Assembly: GCA_964523565.1 (NCBI GenBank)
Contig: CAZGAK010000002.1
Location: 13,961-77,960, forward strand
Length of the DNA: 64,000 nucleotides
Source: an uncultured Syntrophaceae bacterium
GTDB taxonomy: Bacteria; Desulfobacterota; Syntrophia; Syntrophales; UBA6807
Direction of reading: 5' to 3'
Part shown: positions 1-9,182 of the stretch, piece by piece
Layout of the letters: every line of letters begins with the position of its first letter
How positions within the stretch are numbered: the stretch's first letter is position 1
Notes under the pieces: generated by a model
Told to the model about the DNA's origin: nothing
Database searches by the model: none
The model's input: the letters and a program-made list of their open reading frames with translations, nothing else
Made by a program: the position numbers and the translations under genes

Positions 1-849
1 TTTTTATACAGTGCTAACGCCCAGGAGGAGCTAAATGGTGAAGTCAACTGGAGTAGTGGGTACGTCAGTGGAATCGGATACGGAACAGCCGAGCCGAGCG
101 GAAACAGGGTCATCGATAAACTCAAGGCGTTAAGAGCCGCAAAGGTACTCGCACAACGTGATCTTCTTGAAAACATAAAGGGTGTCAGAGTCGATTCGCG
201 AACCACGGTTGAAAACATGATGGTGAAAGAAGATATTATTAGAACCCAGGTAGAGGGAACAATAAAAGGCGCTCAAGTAGTCAAAAGATATTTCAAATGG
301 ATGGAAGGTAATGTTCCTCTGGCCACTGTGGAAATGCGTGTGTATCTGAGCAGTGACATGGACAGTCAAAGATCATATCACTCCCTCATTAATACATTAA
401 ATCTGGAACACAAATACAATGCTCCCCCTGTGCCTCTACCGAGCATACCAAAACAAGCTGCTTCCTCTGGCGAGCCCAAAATTTCCTATGATTCAAGCAA
501 ACCGGTTACGGGCGTTGTAATCAATCTGGGAGGTCGATTCTTTGAGAGAGTTCTCCTGCCGGTGGTCGGCATAGAAACAAAAGACAAGAAGTCCGTAACA
601 ATCTATTCTGTAAAAAGTGTAGATCCTAAGGTCATTCGAACATATGGTGTGGCACGTTACTCGGACACAGTAAACGACGCCAGGAAAATATCCTATCTTG
701 GTGACAATATATTAATAGTTCCTGCAACCCTGGTGACAAACGACAATACGATCATCATTGGAGGAGAAGGGGCACGTACCATAAAAGAGACGATACGTTA
801 CGATAACAATTACCTGGAAGATGCCAAGGTCGCGATTACTTCACGCTAA
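1..849 (+). CDS. LPP20-like exported protein/lipoprotein, 5' end outside window
   Basis: Frame 1 is open from base 1 (FLYSANAQEELNGEVNWSSGYVSGIGYG...ALRAAKVLAQRDLLENIKGVRVDSRTTVENMMV), which resembles the LPP20 pattern. The ORF track start at 217 is internal. Confidence 0.55.
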   Translation, partial: FLYSANAQEELNGEVNWSSGYVSGIGYGTAEPSGNRVIDKLKALRAAKVLAQRDLLENIKGVRVDSRTTVENMMVKEDIIRTQVEGTIKGAQVVKRYFKWMEGNVPLATVEMRVYLSSDMDSQRSYHSLINTLNLEHKYNAPPVPLPSIPKQAASSGEPKISYDSSKPVTGVVINLGGRFFERVLLPVVGIETKDKKSVTIYSVKSVDPKVIRTYGVARYSDTVNDARKISYLGDNILIVPATLVTNDNTIIIGGEGARTIKETIRYDNNYLEDAKVAITSR

Positions 850-1008
850 TCGTCATCCCGAATAAGTTTCTCACATTTTTGAAATCATTTAGACTGTAAA
901 AGCAGGTTTCCAGATTTTTCATTCTGCCTTATCAGGTAAAACATCAGTTATATGTAATATATCAATTCACTAAGAAAATTAAAAAAGCAAAATGAAAGTG
1001 TCTATGCA

Positions 1009-1434
1009 ATGAAAGATGACAACAAATCATTGAAAAATATCCCTCAGTGGAGTGTCTTTGTCATATGTTTCTCGATAATGTTATTTCTCACGGTTGGATT
1101 TTCCTTAGCTAGCAATATGATTGACAAAGATCAGGCATGGGAAATAGTAAAAAAAGAGTGTCTTGGTGGAGTTCTGATCGATAAGGCAGTATACATTTCA
1201 CATGAACCACTTAATGCCGGTAAGGAAATTAAAAGCTGGGAACGCACATATAAGGTGCCTGATGAATTCGAGCAGGTGTGGCTATTTTTTATTGACGACC
1301 AGCCGGAGGCAAACTGGGAGCATTCATGCCGATATATTTTTGTTGATACTAAGAGCGGAAAATATCACATCATAAAAGCACGTACACCCCCTGAGAATAT
1401 GGACCGGATGAAAAAGGTTTTCCTGGAAGAATGA
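1009..1434 (+). CDS. Exported hypothetical protein; stand-alone copy of the N-terminal domain of the next gene
   Basis: N-terminal hydrophobic signal. Motif WLFFIDDQPEANWEHSCRYIFVD...ARTPP matches WFFFVDEQPGANWEHKASYILVD...ATTPP in 1489..3249. Confidence 0.75.
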   Translation: MKDDNKSLKNIPQWSVFVICFSIMLFLTVGFSLASNMIDKDQAWEIVKKECLGGVLIDKAVYISHEPLNAGKEIKSWERTYKVPDEFEQVWLFFIDDQPEANWEHSCRYIFVDTKSGKYHIIKARTPPENMDRMKKVFLEE

Positions 1435-1488
1435 CGGACAGAGAAAAACCAACTGTTGTTAAAAAATGTTTAGAAAGGAGATTATGTT

Positions 1489-3249
1489 ATGACTTCGAAA
1501 TCAAAATTTCATAAAAGGATTTTGCCAATAATAGTGATAGTTCTTTCTATCGTGTTCTTTTTTGGTTTCGCCAATACTGTAGCAGCTGCAAATAAAATGG
1601 TTAAAGCAAAACCAGGTGCTGTAGCGTCAGCACAGAAGGGACTTGCCCTTAATCAGGCCAAGCAGATAGCCATTACAAAAATTTATAAAGGAAAAATCGG
1701 CAACAGAGCCCTGTTTGCGAACCCGGCATTCAAGCAGAGCGGCACCAGGATTGCGAGCTGGAGAGATCCAAACAAGTTGATAGTGAACAAAGACTCCTGG
1801 TTCTTCTTCGTAGACGAACAGCCGGGAGCAAACTGGGAACATAAGGCAAGTTATATTCTTGTTGACAAAACTACCGGTGCGGTACGAAATGTTCGCGCAA
1901 CAACACCACCGTTAGAAATGCTCAAGTTAAAGCCTTTAAACCCTAAAGCAGTCGCTCAACTAAAAATCCTCAAGCAAAATGTACAGATACTTCGTCAAAA
2001 GATAATTGTTAAACCCATACGTATATTAAAAAAGAAAAAATATGCAGTGCTGCTAAGCGGTGGTCATGATGCTTATTACAACTACCAGCGTTACTGGAAT
2101 GACCTCCAGTTTATTTTCAAGGCACTCAAAGAAAAGTATGGTTATACAGATTCCGAAATTATTGTTCTGTATGCCAACGGCACACATAGCCCTAACGGTG
2201 ATTTTGATGGAAACGGAACCAACGATATCGACTATGCTGCAACTAAGGCTAACCTGACCCAGGTTATTAACAACGTTGCGATAAATATCGCGAGTAATGG
2301 CAAGTTCTTCTTCTATTCGACCAACCATGGCGGAGATGAAAGTGGTGCACACAATGTTAATCTTACCTTATGGGGAGAATCAATATTGGACAGTGAATTT
2401 GCCAATCTTACTAAAAAGATAAAATGCGATGAAGCCATCTATGTGATGGAGCAATGTCACAGCGGTGGTATGATGGATAACCTGCTTAATGCCCAGCCAA
2501 GACCCTGCACAAATCCCAGAGTGTGCGTTATGACGGCAGCAAGGCATGATGAATCCTCCTGGTCATGTGACACGGAAGGACAATATGATGAGTATGTGTA
2601 CCACTGGACGTCTGCGGTATACGGCAAAACCCCCGGCGGTACTTCAGTAAATGCTGACACAAATGGTGACGGTGCCGTAAGCATGAGTGAGGCCCATGAG
2701 TACGCGAAGAAGAAAGACAGCCGCAATGAACATCCACAGATAGGTTCATGCGTAACCGGTGCGTGTAATACAACCCTGGCAATCGCGACACCGATCAAAG
2801 ACGATTGCATCGGTTTTAACCCCGGGAGTGCTACCGTAAAGAAAATCAATGGTAGATGGAAGATCGTTGACGGCAGCCACCAGATGTTTGAATTCGGAAA
2901 AGAGAAAAATGAAGCGATTAAGTCACTAAAGATTATAAAGTATTACAAGATGAATCAATCCTGCTTTGTAGGACGTCCGAAGGTCTCATTCAAATATCTC
3001 CTGGTTAATGGCAGGACACCGAGTGGCAGCATGAAAGGCGAAGATTGCGTATCTTTCAATCCAAAAACAACCGGGGTTAAACGGGTACAGGGAATATGGA
3101 AGATAGTAGACGGCAGTCACTGGATATTTGACTTCGGCAGCAATGAGAGTGAAGCACGTAAAGCCATGCAAATCATCAAAAAACACGGATTTACCCGCTC
3201 ATGCTACGTCGGCCGACCAGGCCCAAGTTTCACTTACTTGCGTAAATAA
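1489..3249 (+). CDS. Secreted peptidase C13 (legumain)-like clan CD cysteine protease with twin C-terminal repeat
   Basis: Signal peptide; YAVLLSGG...NYQRYWND; catalytic-type NHGG and EQCHSGG; EF-hand-like DTNGDGAVSMSE; two ~75 aa repeats DC(I/V)xFNP...C(F/Y)VGRP. SD AGGAG upstream. Confidence 0.75.
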   Translation: MTSKSKFHKRILPIIVIVLSIVFFFGFANTVAAANKMVKAKPGAVASAQKGLALNQAKQIAITKIYKGKIGNRALFANPAFKQSGTRIASWRDPNKLIVNKDSWFFFVDEQPGANWEHKASYILVDKTTGAVRNVRATTPPLEMLKLKPLNPKAVAQLKILKQNVQILRQKIIVKPIRILKKKKYAVLLSGGHDAYYNYQRYWNDLQFIFKALKEKYGYTDSEIIVLYANGTHSPNGDFDGNGTNDIDYAATKANLTQVINNVAINIASNGKFFFYSTNHGGDESGAHNVNLTLWGESILDSEFANLTKKIKCDEAIYVMEQCHSGGMMDNLLNAQPRPCTNPRVCVMTAARHDESSWSCDTEGQYDEYVYHWTSAVYGKTPGGTSVNADTNGDGAVSMSEAHEYAKKKDSRNEHPQIGSCVTGACNTTLAIATPIKDDCIGFNPGSATVKKINGRWKIVDGSHQMFEFGKEKNEAIKSLKIIKYYKMNQSCFVGRPKVSFKYLLVNGRTPSGSMKGEDCVSFNPKTTGVKRVQGIWKIVDGSHWIFDFGSNESEARKAMQIIKKHGFTRSCYVGRPGPSFTYLRK

Positions 3250-3255
3250 ACGCTC

Positions 3256-3295
3256 AAACAAGGCCGGGCTTCCAATGAGGCCCGGCTTTTTGTTT
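3256..3295 (+). terminator. Rho-independent terminator
   Basis: GCCGGGC-loop-GCCCGGC followed by TTTTTGTTT, just after the stop at 3249. Confidence 0.8.
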
Positions 3296-3456
3296 AATTC
3301 CTCTGGATCCTGGATATCTTATGTAAAGCAAAGATGTCCGTTCGTCTTCAATCCAAGGTTGACATATGATCAGTATTTTGTCATATTAATACTCAATAAA
3401 AAAGCAATTCCCTATCTTCTAATGTAGGTGCGGTTAATAAGAAAATAATTTTTCAA

Positions 3457-3537
3457 TGAACTACCCCGTAGCAAGCCACGGGTTATCAAAATCTGTTTTA
3501 TCTTTTCTATCGTAACAAGCTGCGGGGAATTAAACCC
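3457..3537. repeat. Degenerate palindromic element resembling IS200/IS605-derived MITE ends
   Basis: TGAACTACCCCGTAGCAAGCCACGGGTTATC ... CAAGCTGCGGGGAATTAAACCC, two hairpin-like halves. Confidence 0.4.
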
Positions 3538-3622
3538 TGCAGATTTCGCATCGTCCTTCAGGTGATTAGAATAATCCGTGAAATCTGTGGATTAAAAAAG
3601 GTATAGCACCGGAGTCCCTGTC

Positions 3623-4030
3623 ATGAATAGAAAATCCAACACTTTTTTCTTAAGGCGTTTTTATATCATCTTGCTGGGAGTGTTATTCATCTCTGCCTTT
3701 TTTCATACTGGAGTGGCCATGAGTTCATCGAAGGAATCCCCTAAGACAGATGTCTCAATTTCGATTGGGCCGGGCACCCTTGGTTCCGGCTTGCCCTCTG
3801 AAGAAAGGCTTATCACCGTCGGAAGAGAGCTGATACACAAGTTTTTTCCTGAGGATTCAGGGAAGAGTCACCGTGTAAAAGGGAATCTCACCCTGATTGA
3901 GCGCGGCAAGGAAACAATCCGTTACGAATTAATGATCCTTTTTCTCTACCGTGAGACCTATACTGCAGTGAACCACCGTGTCGTCTTCAGCCTTAAGGAA
4001 AATCAGTATACCGTTCTTTCAGTGGAATAA
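3623..4030 (+). CDS. Exported/membrane-anchored hypothetical protein
   Basis: 135 aa ORF with an N-terminal hydrophobic segment, co-oriented with neighbours. Confidence 0.6.
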   Translation: MNRKSNTFFLRRFYIILLGVLFISAFFHTGVAMSSSKESPKTDVSISIGPGTLGSGLPSEERLITVGRELIHKFFPEDSGKSHRVKGNLTLIERGKETIRYELMILFLYRETYTAVNHRVVFSLKENQYTVLSVE

Positions 4031-4095
4031 GGAGTCTCGAGGGGCTTTTTATTCTTTTTGTGTATGAATAACATAGTTTGAAAGGAGGCGTAAAT

Positions 4096-5643
4096 ATGCG
4101 TTATTTAAAAATTATCTTCACAGGATTTGTGTTGCTGCTCTTTTGCGCGTCACCGTCGTGGGCAGCTCAAAAAACTTCTTTGTTAGAGGGGGATGTATGG
4201 GGGATTACTCAGCAAGTGCAGGTACCGGCGTCAATAAAAGCTGTCCAGATCTCGTCTCGTATTGCCTTGAAATCTCTGCAAAAGCAACGGATCAACAATG
4301 CCACAAAGATTCTGATCAATAAGAACTTTGCAACCATGGTTCAACAAAGTAAAATGGTGCAGCCGAGAGTAAAGGTGCTGCAAGTGGTGGGCAACAAGAT
4401 CCAGGCCGAAGCGCTGGTCGTGTTCCAGGCGAAAAACACGTACACCGCTACGATTTCAAAACTGAATTACGATGTGGTAGATGACACGGTCAAGCTTACG
4501 GGAAAAGTTGACAACTATGCCCCCCAGATTCAAGCAGTGAAAACACCGGGAAAGATCGATCCCCTTACTGTGAAATTAAAAACAGATCTGCTTGCCAATC
4601 TTAAAATCGCGATTCCGCAGGGGTGGGGTCCCAAGGCCCTGGCCAATACTCCATGCACTGAATTCCCCACAGCGGTTAACGGTACCAACAATGTCTACAA
4701 CACTTTCAAGCAGGCCTTCGGCTCGGCCCAGAAGCTGATCGGATCGCAAAGCACCAAGACTGCGATCATGAATATTTTAGAGAAGGGCACCCGTTTGTTG
4801 GCCTGGAACAACATCGGCCACGGCAACCCTTCCTGTATCGTGCAATGGGATGGCAATCCGATATGGTACACCGACTTTAACACCACAACCAATTTTAAAG
4901 GTATTTACAAGTCGGTTATTTTGCTTAATTCCTGTCGTGTCTGTAAGTCGCCATACGCCCTCAAACAAGCCATCGAGAAGCATCATCCACGTACCTATAT
5001 GGGTGGTATTCCGGGATTACCCGTTGGACCCTCTGAATCGGTCGACGTCGACTTCTGGAAATATGCACTTCTGCAGGACAAGACCATGGGATGGGCTTTA
5101 AATAAGGCATCTCAGAACCACGGGCTTGCGGGTTCTTTCTGCCTTTCAGGCTACAATGGAAAGTTTGCCGCCGTTGAGGCCGCCAAGTTCACAGAGGACT
5201 GCATTGGTTTTAATCCTAATAAAGTCAAGGCAAAAAAGGTCAACGGTCGCTGGAAGGTGGTCCACGGTTCCATGTTGATGCTGGATTTCAACAAAAAGAA
5301 AGCGGATGCCGACAAAGCGGTCAAGATCATCAAGCACTACAAGTTAGACCGCCAGTGCTTCGTGGGACGTCCAGATGCTCCAATGCAGTATTACACGGTT
5401 AAAGGAAAGGCCCCTACGGGAGCACTCTCAGGTGAGGACTGCATTGGTTTTAATCCCAATAAAGTCGAGGCAAAAAAGATCAATGGACGCTGGAAGGTAG
5501 TTGACGGCTCCCACTGGATCCTTGACTTCAACAAAAAAGAAGCACAGGCAAGGATAGCGGTTAAGATTATCAAACACTACGGTTTTAAATACGTCTGCTT
5601 CGTGGGAAGGCCGCACGCACCCATGATGTACTTCCGCAAGTAG
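4096..5643 (+). CDS. Secreted gingipain/caspase-fold (clan CD)-like protein with the same twin C-terminal repeat
   Basis: SD AGGAGG before ATG 4096; signal peptide ending WA-A; NIGHGNP and ILLNSCRV dyad-like motifs; two EDCIGFNP...CFVGRP repeats. Confidence 0.65.
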   Translation: MRYLKIIFTGFVLLLFCASPSWAAQKTSLLEGDVWGITQQVQVPASIKAVQISSRIALKSLQKQRINNATKILINKNFATMVQQSKMVQPRVKVLQVVGNKIQAEALVVFQAKNTYTATISKLNYDVVDDTVKLTGKVDNYAPQIQAVKTPGKIDPLTVKLKTDLLANLKIAIPQGWGPKALANTPCTEFPTAVNGTNNVYNTFKQAFGSAQKLIGSQSTKTAIMNILEKGTRLLAWNNIGHGNPSCIVQWDGNPIWYTDFNTTTNFKGIYKSVILLNSCRVCKSPYALKQAIEKHHPRTYMGGIPGLPVGPSESVDVDFWKYALLQDKTMGWALNKASQNHGLAGSFCLSGYNGKFAAVEAAKFTEDCIGFNPNKVKAKKVNGRWKVVHGSMLMLDFNKKKADADKAVKIIKHYKLDRQCFVGRPDAPMQYYTVKGKAPTGALSGEDCIGFNPNKVEAKKINGRWKVVDGSHWILDFNKKEAQARIAVKIIKHYGFKYVCFVGRPHAPMMYFRK

Positions 5644-5672
5644 TACAATATCCTGATCAGGAGGGGCTCCAC

Positions 5673-6704
5673 GTGTTGGGAAAAAGGTCATTGAAATTTT
5701 TAGTATTCCTCATGGGTGTTCTGTTTCTCTGTCCGTGGCAGATTTACGGAGCGCCCGGCGGGGAGTCCCAGCCATTTTATGTTATTGAACGCGATACCCT
5801 CCAGACGCGCAACTTCACTCCTGTAATCAATCACGAAACCATGGCAATTAACCTTGGAAATCGGCCCATTACGATGGGCATCATTTCACCTATCCCAAGA
5901 GACAAGTTCAGGCAGGGGAAACACTACCCGGCTTTTCTGGAGGATTCTCTCCTGCCTGATCCACTCTTTGCTCCCATTGAAGTTTCACCAACCAAAACTA
6001 CTTACCTCACACGTCCCGAAATGATCACCAAAGGTGACAACACATCTTTTGTCTGGAAAGAAGCGACTCTTCCTGCGGGGGAAGCGCTGATAGTCCAGTA
6101 CGATAACTACTTTGGTGAACCGGAGATTTACTGGAAACCGGAAGGCCTCGATATATTAGGACTTGTATTGCATACAGACTACACCGCTCGCCGGCTGAAG
6201 GAATCATCGTGGGAACTCTCTTTTGACTACGAGTTAATAAACAGGACGGGAAGTGTTCTCAAAGACTTATCACTGGATGTTTTTGTCCCCCTCAAGCAGC
6301 TAAGTGAGGAAAAAGAGACTAACTTCCTGGAATTGAGTCAGATTTGCACTTCACCAAATATAGAGGCATCCAAGGTAACCCGAGCGGACGGCTTTGGGGA
6401 AGCTGCTTATGGTGTAACTGTAAGCTTATGGACTGAAAGCCTTGAATCTAACGGTAAAGTGCACTTTTCTCTCCGGCTCACAGGCTCCAGGGAAGCAAAG
6501 AGCGGAACCATATGGCCCATCGTTATTCTGGCGGGCCGCAGCCTCCAGAAACCTGTGTGGCCGCCTACCATTATTAATACGGGGGAACCCGTAAACGAAG
6601 GACGCTTTTCATATCTTTCCTACAACCTTGTTATCCAGGACAGTCGTGTCTTTGTGTTATCACCAAAAGGAATAGAGGTAAAACCGTCTCACCAAAAACC
6701 ATAG
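5673..6704 (+). CDS. Exported hypothetical protein
   Basis: GTG start after AGGAGG; signal-peptide-like N-terminus; 343 aa. Confidence 0.65.
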   Translation: MLGKRSLKFLVFLMGVLFLCPWQIYGAPGGESQPFYVIERDTLQTRNFTPVINHETMAINLGNRPITMGIISPIPRDKFRQGKHYPAFLEDSLLPDPLFAPIEVSPTKTTYLTRPEMITKGDNTSFVWKEATLPAGEALIVQYDNYFGEPEIYWKPEGLDILGLVLHTDYTARRLKESSWELSFDYELINRTGSVLKDLSLDVFVPLKQLSEEKETNFLELSQICTSPNIEASKVTRADGFGEAAYGVTVSLWTESLESNGKVHFSLRLTGSREAKSGTIWPIVILAGRSLQKPVWPPTIINTGEPVNEGRFSYLSYNLVIQDSRVFVLSPKGIEVKPSHQKP

Positions 6705-6786
6705 GAATCAGCTCTTCGATGTAACATTGTAATAGGTAACCCCATAATCCTGATAATCCTATAATCCCTATGGACTTTCTGAAAAC

Positions 6787-6825
6787 AAAAAGGGGTTAGT
6801 CATAATCGGCTAACCCCTTTTTTTT
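6787..6825. terminator. Bidirectional intrinsic terminator (tRNA-Leu / convergent gene)
   Basis: AAAAAGGGGTTAG-loop-CTAACCCCTTTTTTTT. Confidence 0.8.
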
Positions 6826-6828
6826 ATA

Positions 6829-6916
6829 TGGTGCCGAAGCCGGGATTTGAACCCGGACAGGCATACACCTACTAGACCCTGAACCTAGCGCGTCTACCAA
6901 ATTCCGCCACTTCGGC
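6829..6916 (-). tRNA. tRNA-Leu (CAG)
   Basis: Reverse complement GCCGAAGTGGCGGAATTTGGTAGACGCGCTAGGTTCAGGGTCTAG...GGTTCAAATCCCGGCTTCGGCACCA: anticodon loop TTCAGGG, long variable arm, T-loop, encoded CCA. Confidence 0.97.
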
Positions 6917-7140
6917 ATTTTAAAAAAATTAAAAAACTACTTGGAATTTCTTTCAATCTATACTTATGGTCTCTGTATTGTCAAGTAAAAATACGCTTGA
7001 AAATAATATCACAAATGATATTGTACTTTCATTTATCGTTCGATTCCTATATGTTATAAAGAATTTATTTAAGTAAAATTTTATCAGACAACCTCTATCA
7101 AGTAGAAATTTTAAACAATGATTCTTCAGGATGAATTATT

Positions 7141-8070
7141 ATGAGGGTTATCAGAAATTTGGAAGAAATTCCCCGGGAATATCGAGATTCCATCGTTACC
7201 ATAGGTAATTTCGACGGCATTCATCTGGGACATCAGAACCTATTCAGGAAACTAACCAGAGAGGCAAAAGAGAAAAATCGAAAAGCGGTGGTCATCACAT
7301 TCGATCCCCACCCGCAAAAAGTTCTTCATCCGGAAAGAAGGCCTTTTTTCCTGTTAACCCCTTTAGACGAAAAGCTGAGACTTGCTGAAGAGTACGGCAT
7401 TGATGCCGTTGTCCTGATTACCTTCTCCCTCGAATTTGCAAAAATAACAGCCGAAGAATTTGTTCGGAATATCCTCTGGGACAAGCTTCATATACGAAAA
7501 CTCTATATCGGGTATGATTATGTCTTTGGACGGGGTAAAGGGGGAAATGCGGAATCTCTAAAGACCTACGGCAGAGAGCTGGGATTCGAGGTAGAAGAAA
7601 TCGGTGCGGTGAAAGATGACGATATAATTGTCAGCAGTACAAAGGTACGACTTTCAATTCTCGACGGTGATGTTTCTCTCGCCGCAAAGCTCCTCGGGAG
7701 ACCTTACAATGTTTACGGAAATGTCGTAAAAGGATACCGGAGGGGAACTGATATCGGGTATCCCACAGCCAATATAAAATCTGAAAAGGTCATTCCCAAC
7801 TGCGGGGTATATGCTATTATCGCCGGAATAGAAGGAGAAAAGTATCCGGGAGTTATCAATATCGGTTTCAATCCCACCTTCGGCGTCAACAAACTTTCTA
7901 TTGAAGTACATCTCTTCGATTTTAATGAGGACATCTATGAAAAAAATATAGAGCTCTTTTTTATTGACAGGTTACGAGATGAGATAAAGTTTGACAGTTC
8001 TGAGAAACTTGTAGAACAGATCAAAAAAGATATAGAACAGGCACGTAAAATCCTCGAAAACCACGTTTGA
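7141..8070 (+). CDS. ribF: Bifunctional riboflavin kinase/FAD synthetase
   Basis: TIGNFDGIHLGHQ, TFDPHP, VSSTKVR, GYPTANI, NIGFNPTF, EVHLFDF motifs. Confidence 0.97.
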   Translation: MRVIRNLEEIPREYRDSIVTIGNFDGIHLGHQNLFRKLTREAKEKNRKAVVITFDPHPQKVLHPERRPFFLLTPLDEKLRLAEEYGIDAVVLITFSLEFAKITAEEFVRNILWDKLHIRKLYIGYDYVFGRGKGGNAESLKTYGRELGFEVEEIGAVKDDDIIVSSTKVRLSILDGDVSLAAKLLGRPYNVYGNVVKGYRRGTDIGYPTANIKSEKVIPNCGVYAIIAGIEGEKYPGVINIGFNPTFGVNKLSIEVHLFDFNEDIYEKNIELFFIDRLRDEIKFDSSEKLVEQIKKDIEQARKILENHV

Positions 8071-8149
8071 CAAACAGTTTCTTCAAATCACCGTTGACGT
8101 CAGGACATCGGACATAAAAATTGAAACCTCTCATGTGATTTTTACCATT

Positions 8150-8209
8150 TGTCATCTTCGGGCTCGACCCGAAGATCCATAGATTCCCGTGTCAAGCACG
8201 GGAATGACA
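8150..8209. repeat. REP-like double-hairpin element (TGTCAT...ATGACA)
   Basis: TGTCATCTTCGGGCTCGACCCGAAGATCC and GATTCCCGTGTCAAGCACGGGAATGACA hairpins. Confidence 0.7.
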
Positions 8210-8259
8210 AAGGGAGAGTAGCGGAAAAGCAACGAAAGAGTGAAGAAACAGGGCGTTCA

Positions 8260-8949
8260 ATGAATATTAAAAACCTGCATAGCTGGAATGTAAGATATAA
8301 GGAAGCCGTTCAGATTCAACAGGATTTAAAAGAAAAACTCATACTTCACGACAAAGATATCCCTCAAGAAATCAAGCTTGTCGCCGGAGCCGACATCTCC
8401 TATTCGAAAGGAGAAGACCTTTTTTTCGCAGCCGTTATTCTGCTTGAAGTTCCTACCATGGAAATAATCGAGAAGGTGTCCTGTTCAAAAAGGGTGACTT
8501 TCCCCTATATACCCGGGTTATTGACTTTCAGGGAAGGTCCGGCACTTTTAAAGGCCTTTGAAAAATTGAAGCACCGTCCGGATGTTGTAATCTTTGACGG
8601 ACATGGAATAGCTCATCCGCGGGGAATCGGCCTTGCTTCGCATATGGGTTTATTTCTCGACATACCGGCAATAGGCTGCGCAAAAAAAAGATTGACAGGA
8701 ATTCATGACGAACCGGGAGATGAAGCAGGCAATTACTCCTTCCTCGAGCTGGATGGCAGGAATATCGGCGCCGTTTTGCGAACCAAAAAGAGTGTCAAGC
8801 CCGTTTTCGTATCTCAGGGACATAAAATATCCCTGCGAACAGCCATCAATGTAGTAATCTCAACATGCACCGGCTATAGACTTTCAGAACCCGTAAGAAA
8901 AGCACACATGGAAGTAAACCGGATCAGACTGGAGCACGGATTTTCCTAA
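8260..8949 (+). CDS. nfi: Endonuclease V
   Basis: VAGADISY, FPYIPGLLTFREGP, FDGHGIAHPRGIGLASH, IGCAK, KPVFVSQGH. Start placed at ATG 8260 because the longer track ORF runs through a REP. Confidence 0.95.
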   Translation: MNIKNLHSWNVRYKEAVQIQQDLKEKLILHDKDIPQEIKLVAGADISYSKGEDLFFAAVILLEVPTMEIIEKVSCSKRVTFPYIPGLLTFREGPALLKAFEKLKHRPDVVIFDGHGIAHPRGIGLASHMGLFLDIPAIGCAKKRLTGIHDEPGDEAGNYSFLELDGRNIGAVLRTKKSVKPVFVSQGHKISLRTAINVVISTCTGYRLSEPVRKAHMEVNRIRLEHGFS

Positions 8950-8996
8950 GGGGCGGTAAAGCCGCAACCACAAAGGCGTTGACTGACATTTTGAAT

Positions 8997-9106
8997 GTAG
9001 TGTCATGCCAACGATACTCTGTCATTTCGAAGGAGTCTTCACGACTGAGAAATCTTAGATTTCTCCCTGCGGTCGAAATGATATTCCTTGATTGACACGA
9101 CAGTAG
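8997..9106. repeat. Degenerate MITE with internal hairpin pair
   Basis: Ends GTAGTGTCATGCCAA / TTGACACGACAGTAG (11/15 inverted match) enclose TGTCATTTCGA...GAGAAATCT-AGATTTCTCCCTGCGGTCGAAATGA. Confidence 0.55.
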
Positions 9107-9160
9107 GGCAAGGCTTCAGCCTTGCGTAACGCACAACGCAGAGCTGAAGCTCTGCCCTAC
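9103..9160. repeat. GTAG-type REP doublet
   Basis: GTAGGGCAAGGCTTCAGCCTTGC ... GCAGAGCTGAAGCTCTGCCCTAC. Confidence 0.8.
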
Positions 9161-9182
9161 ATATTTCACATCGTAATAATTC

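Noticed and set aside
6743-6768. Three short ATAATCC repeats
   Set aside because: Too short and irregular to be a CRISPR array or iteron set.
1-6916. Protease cluster as an island integrated at the 3' end of tRNA-Leu
   Set aside because: Position is suggestive, but no integrase or duplicated tRNA 3' end is visible in the window.
8149-8259. N-terminal extension of nfi in the ORF track
   Set aside because: It translates a REP element; family similarity starts at ATG 8260.
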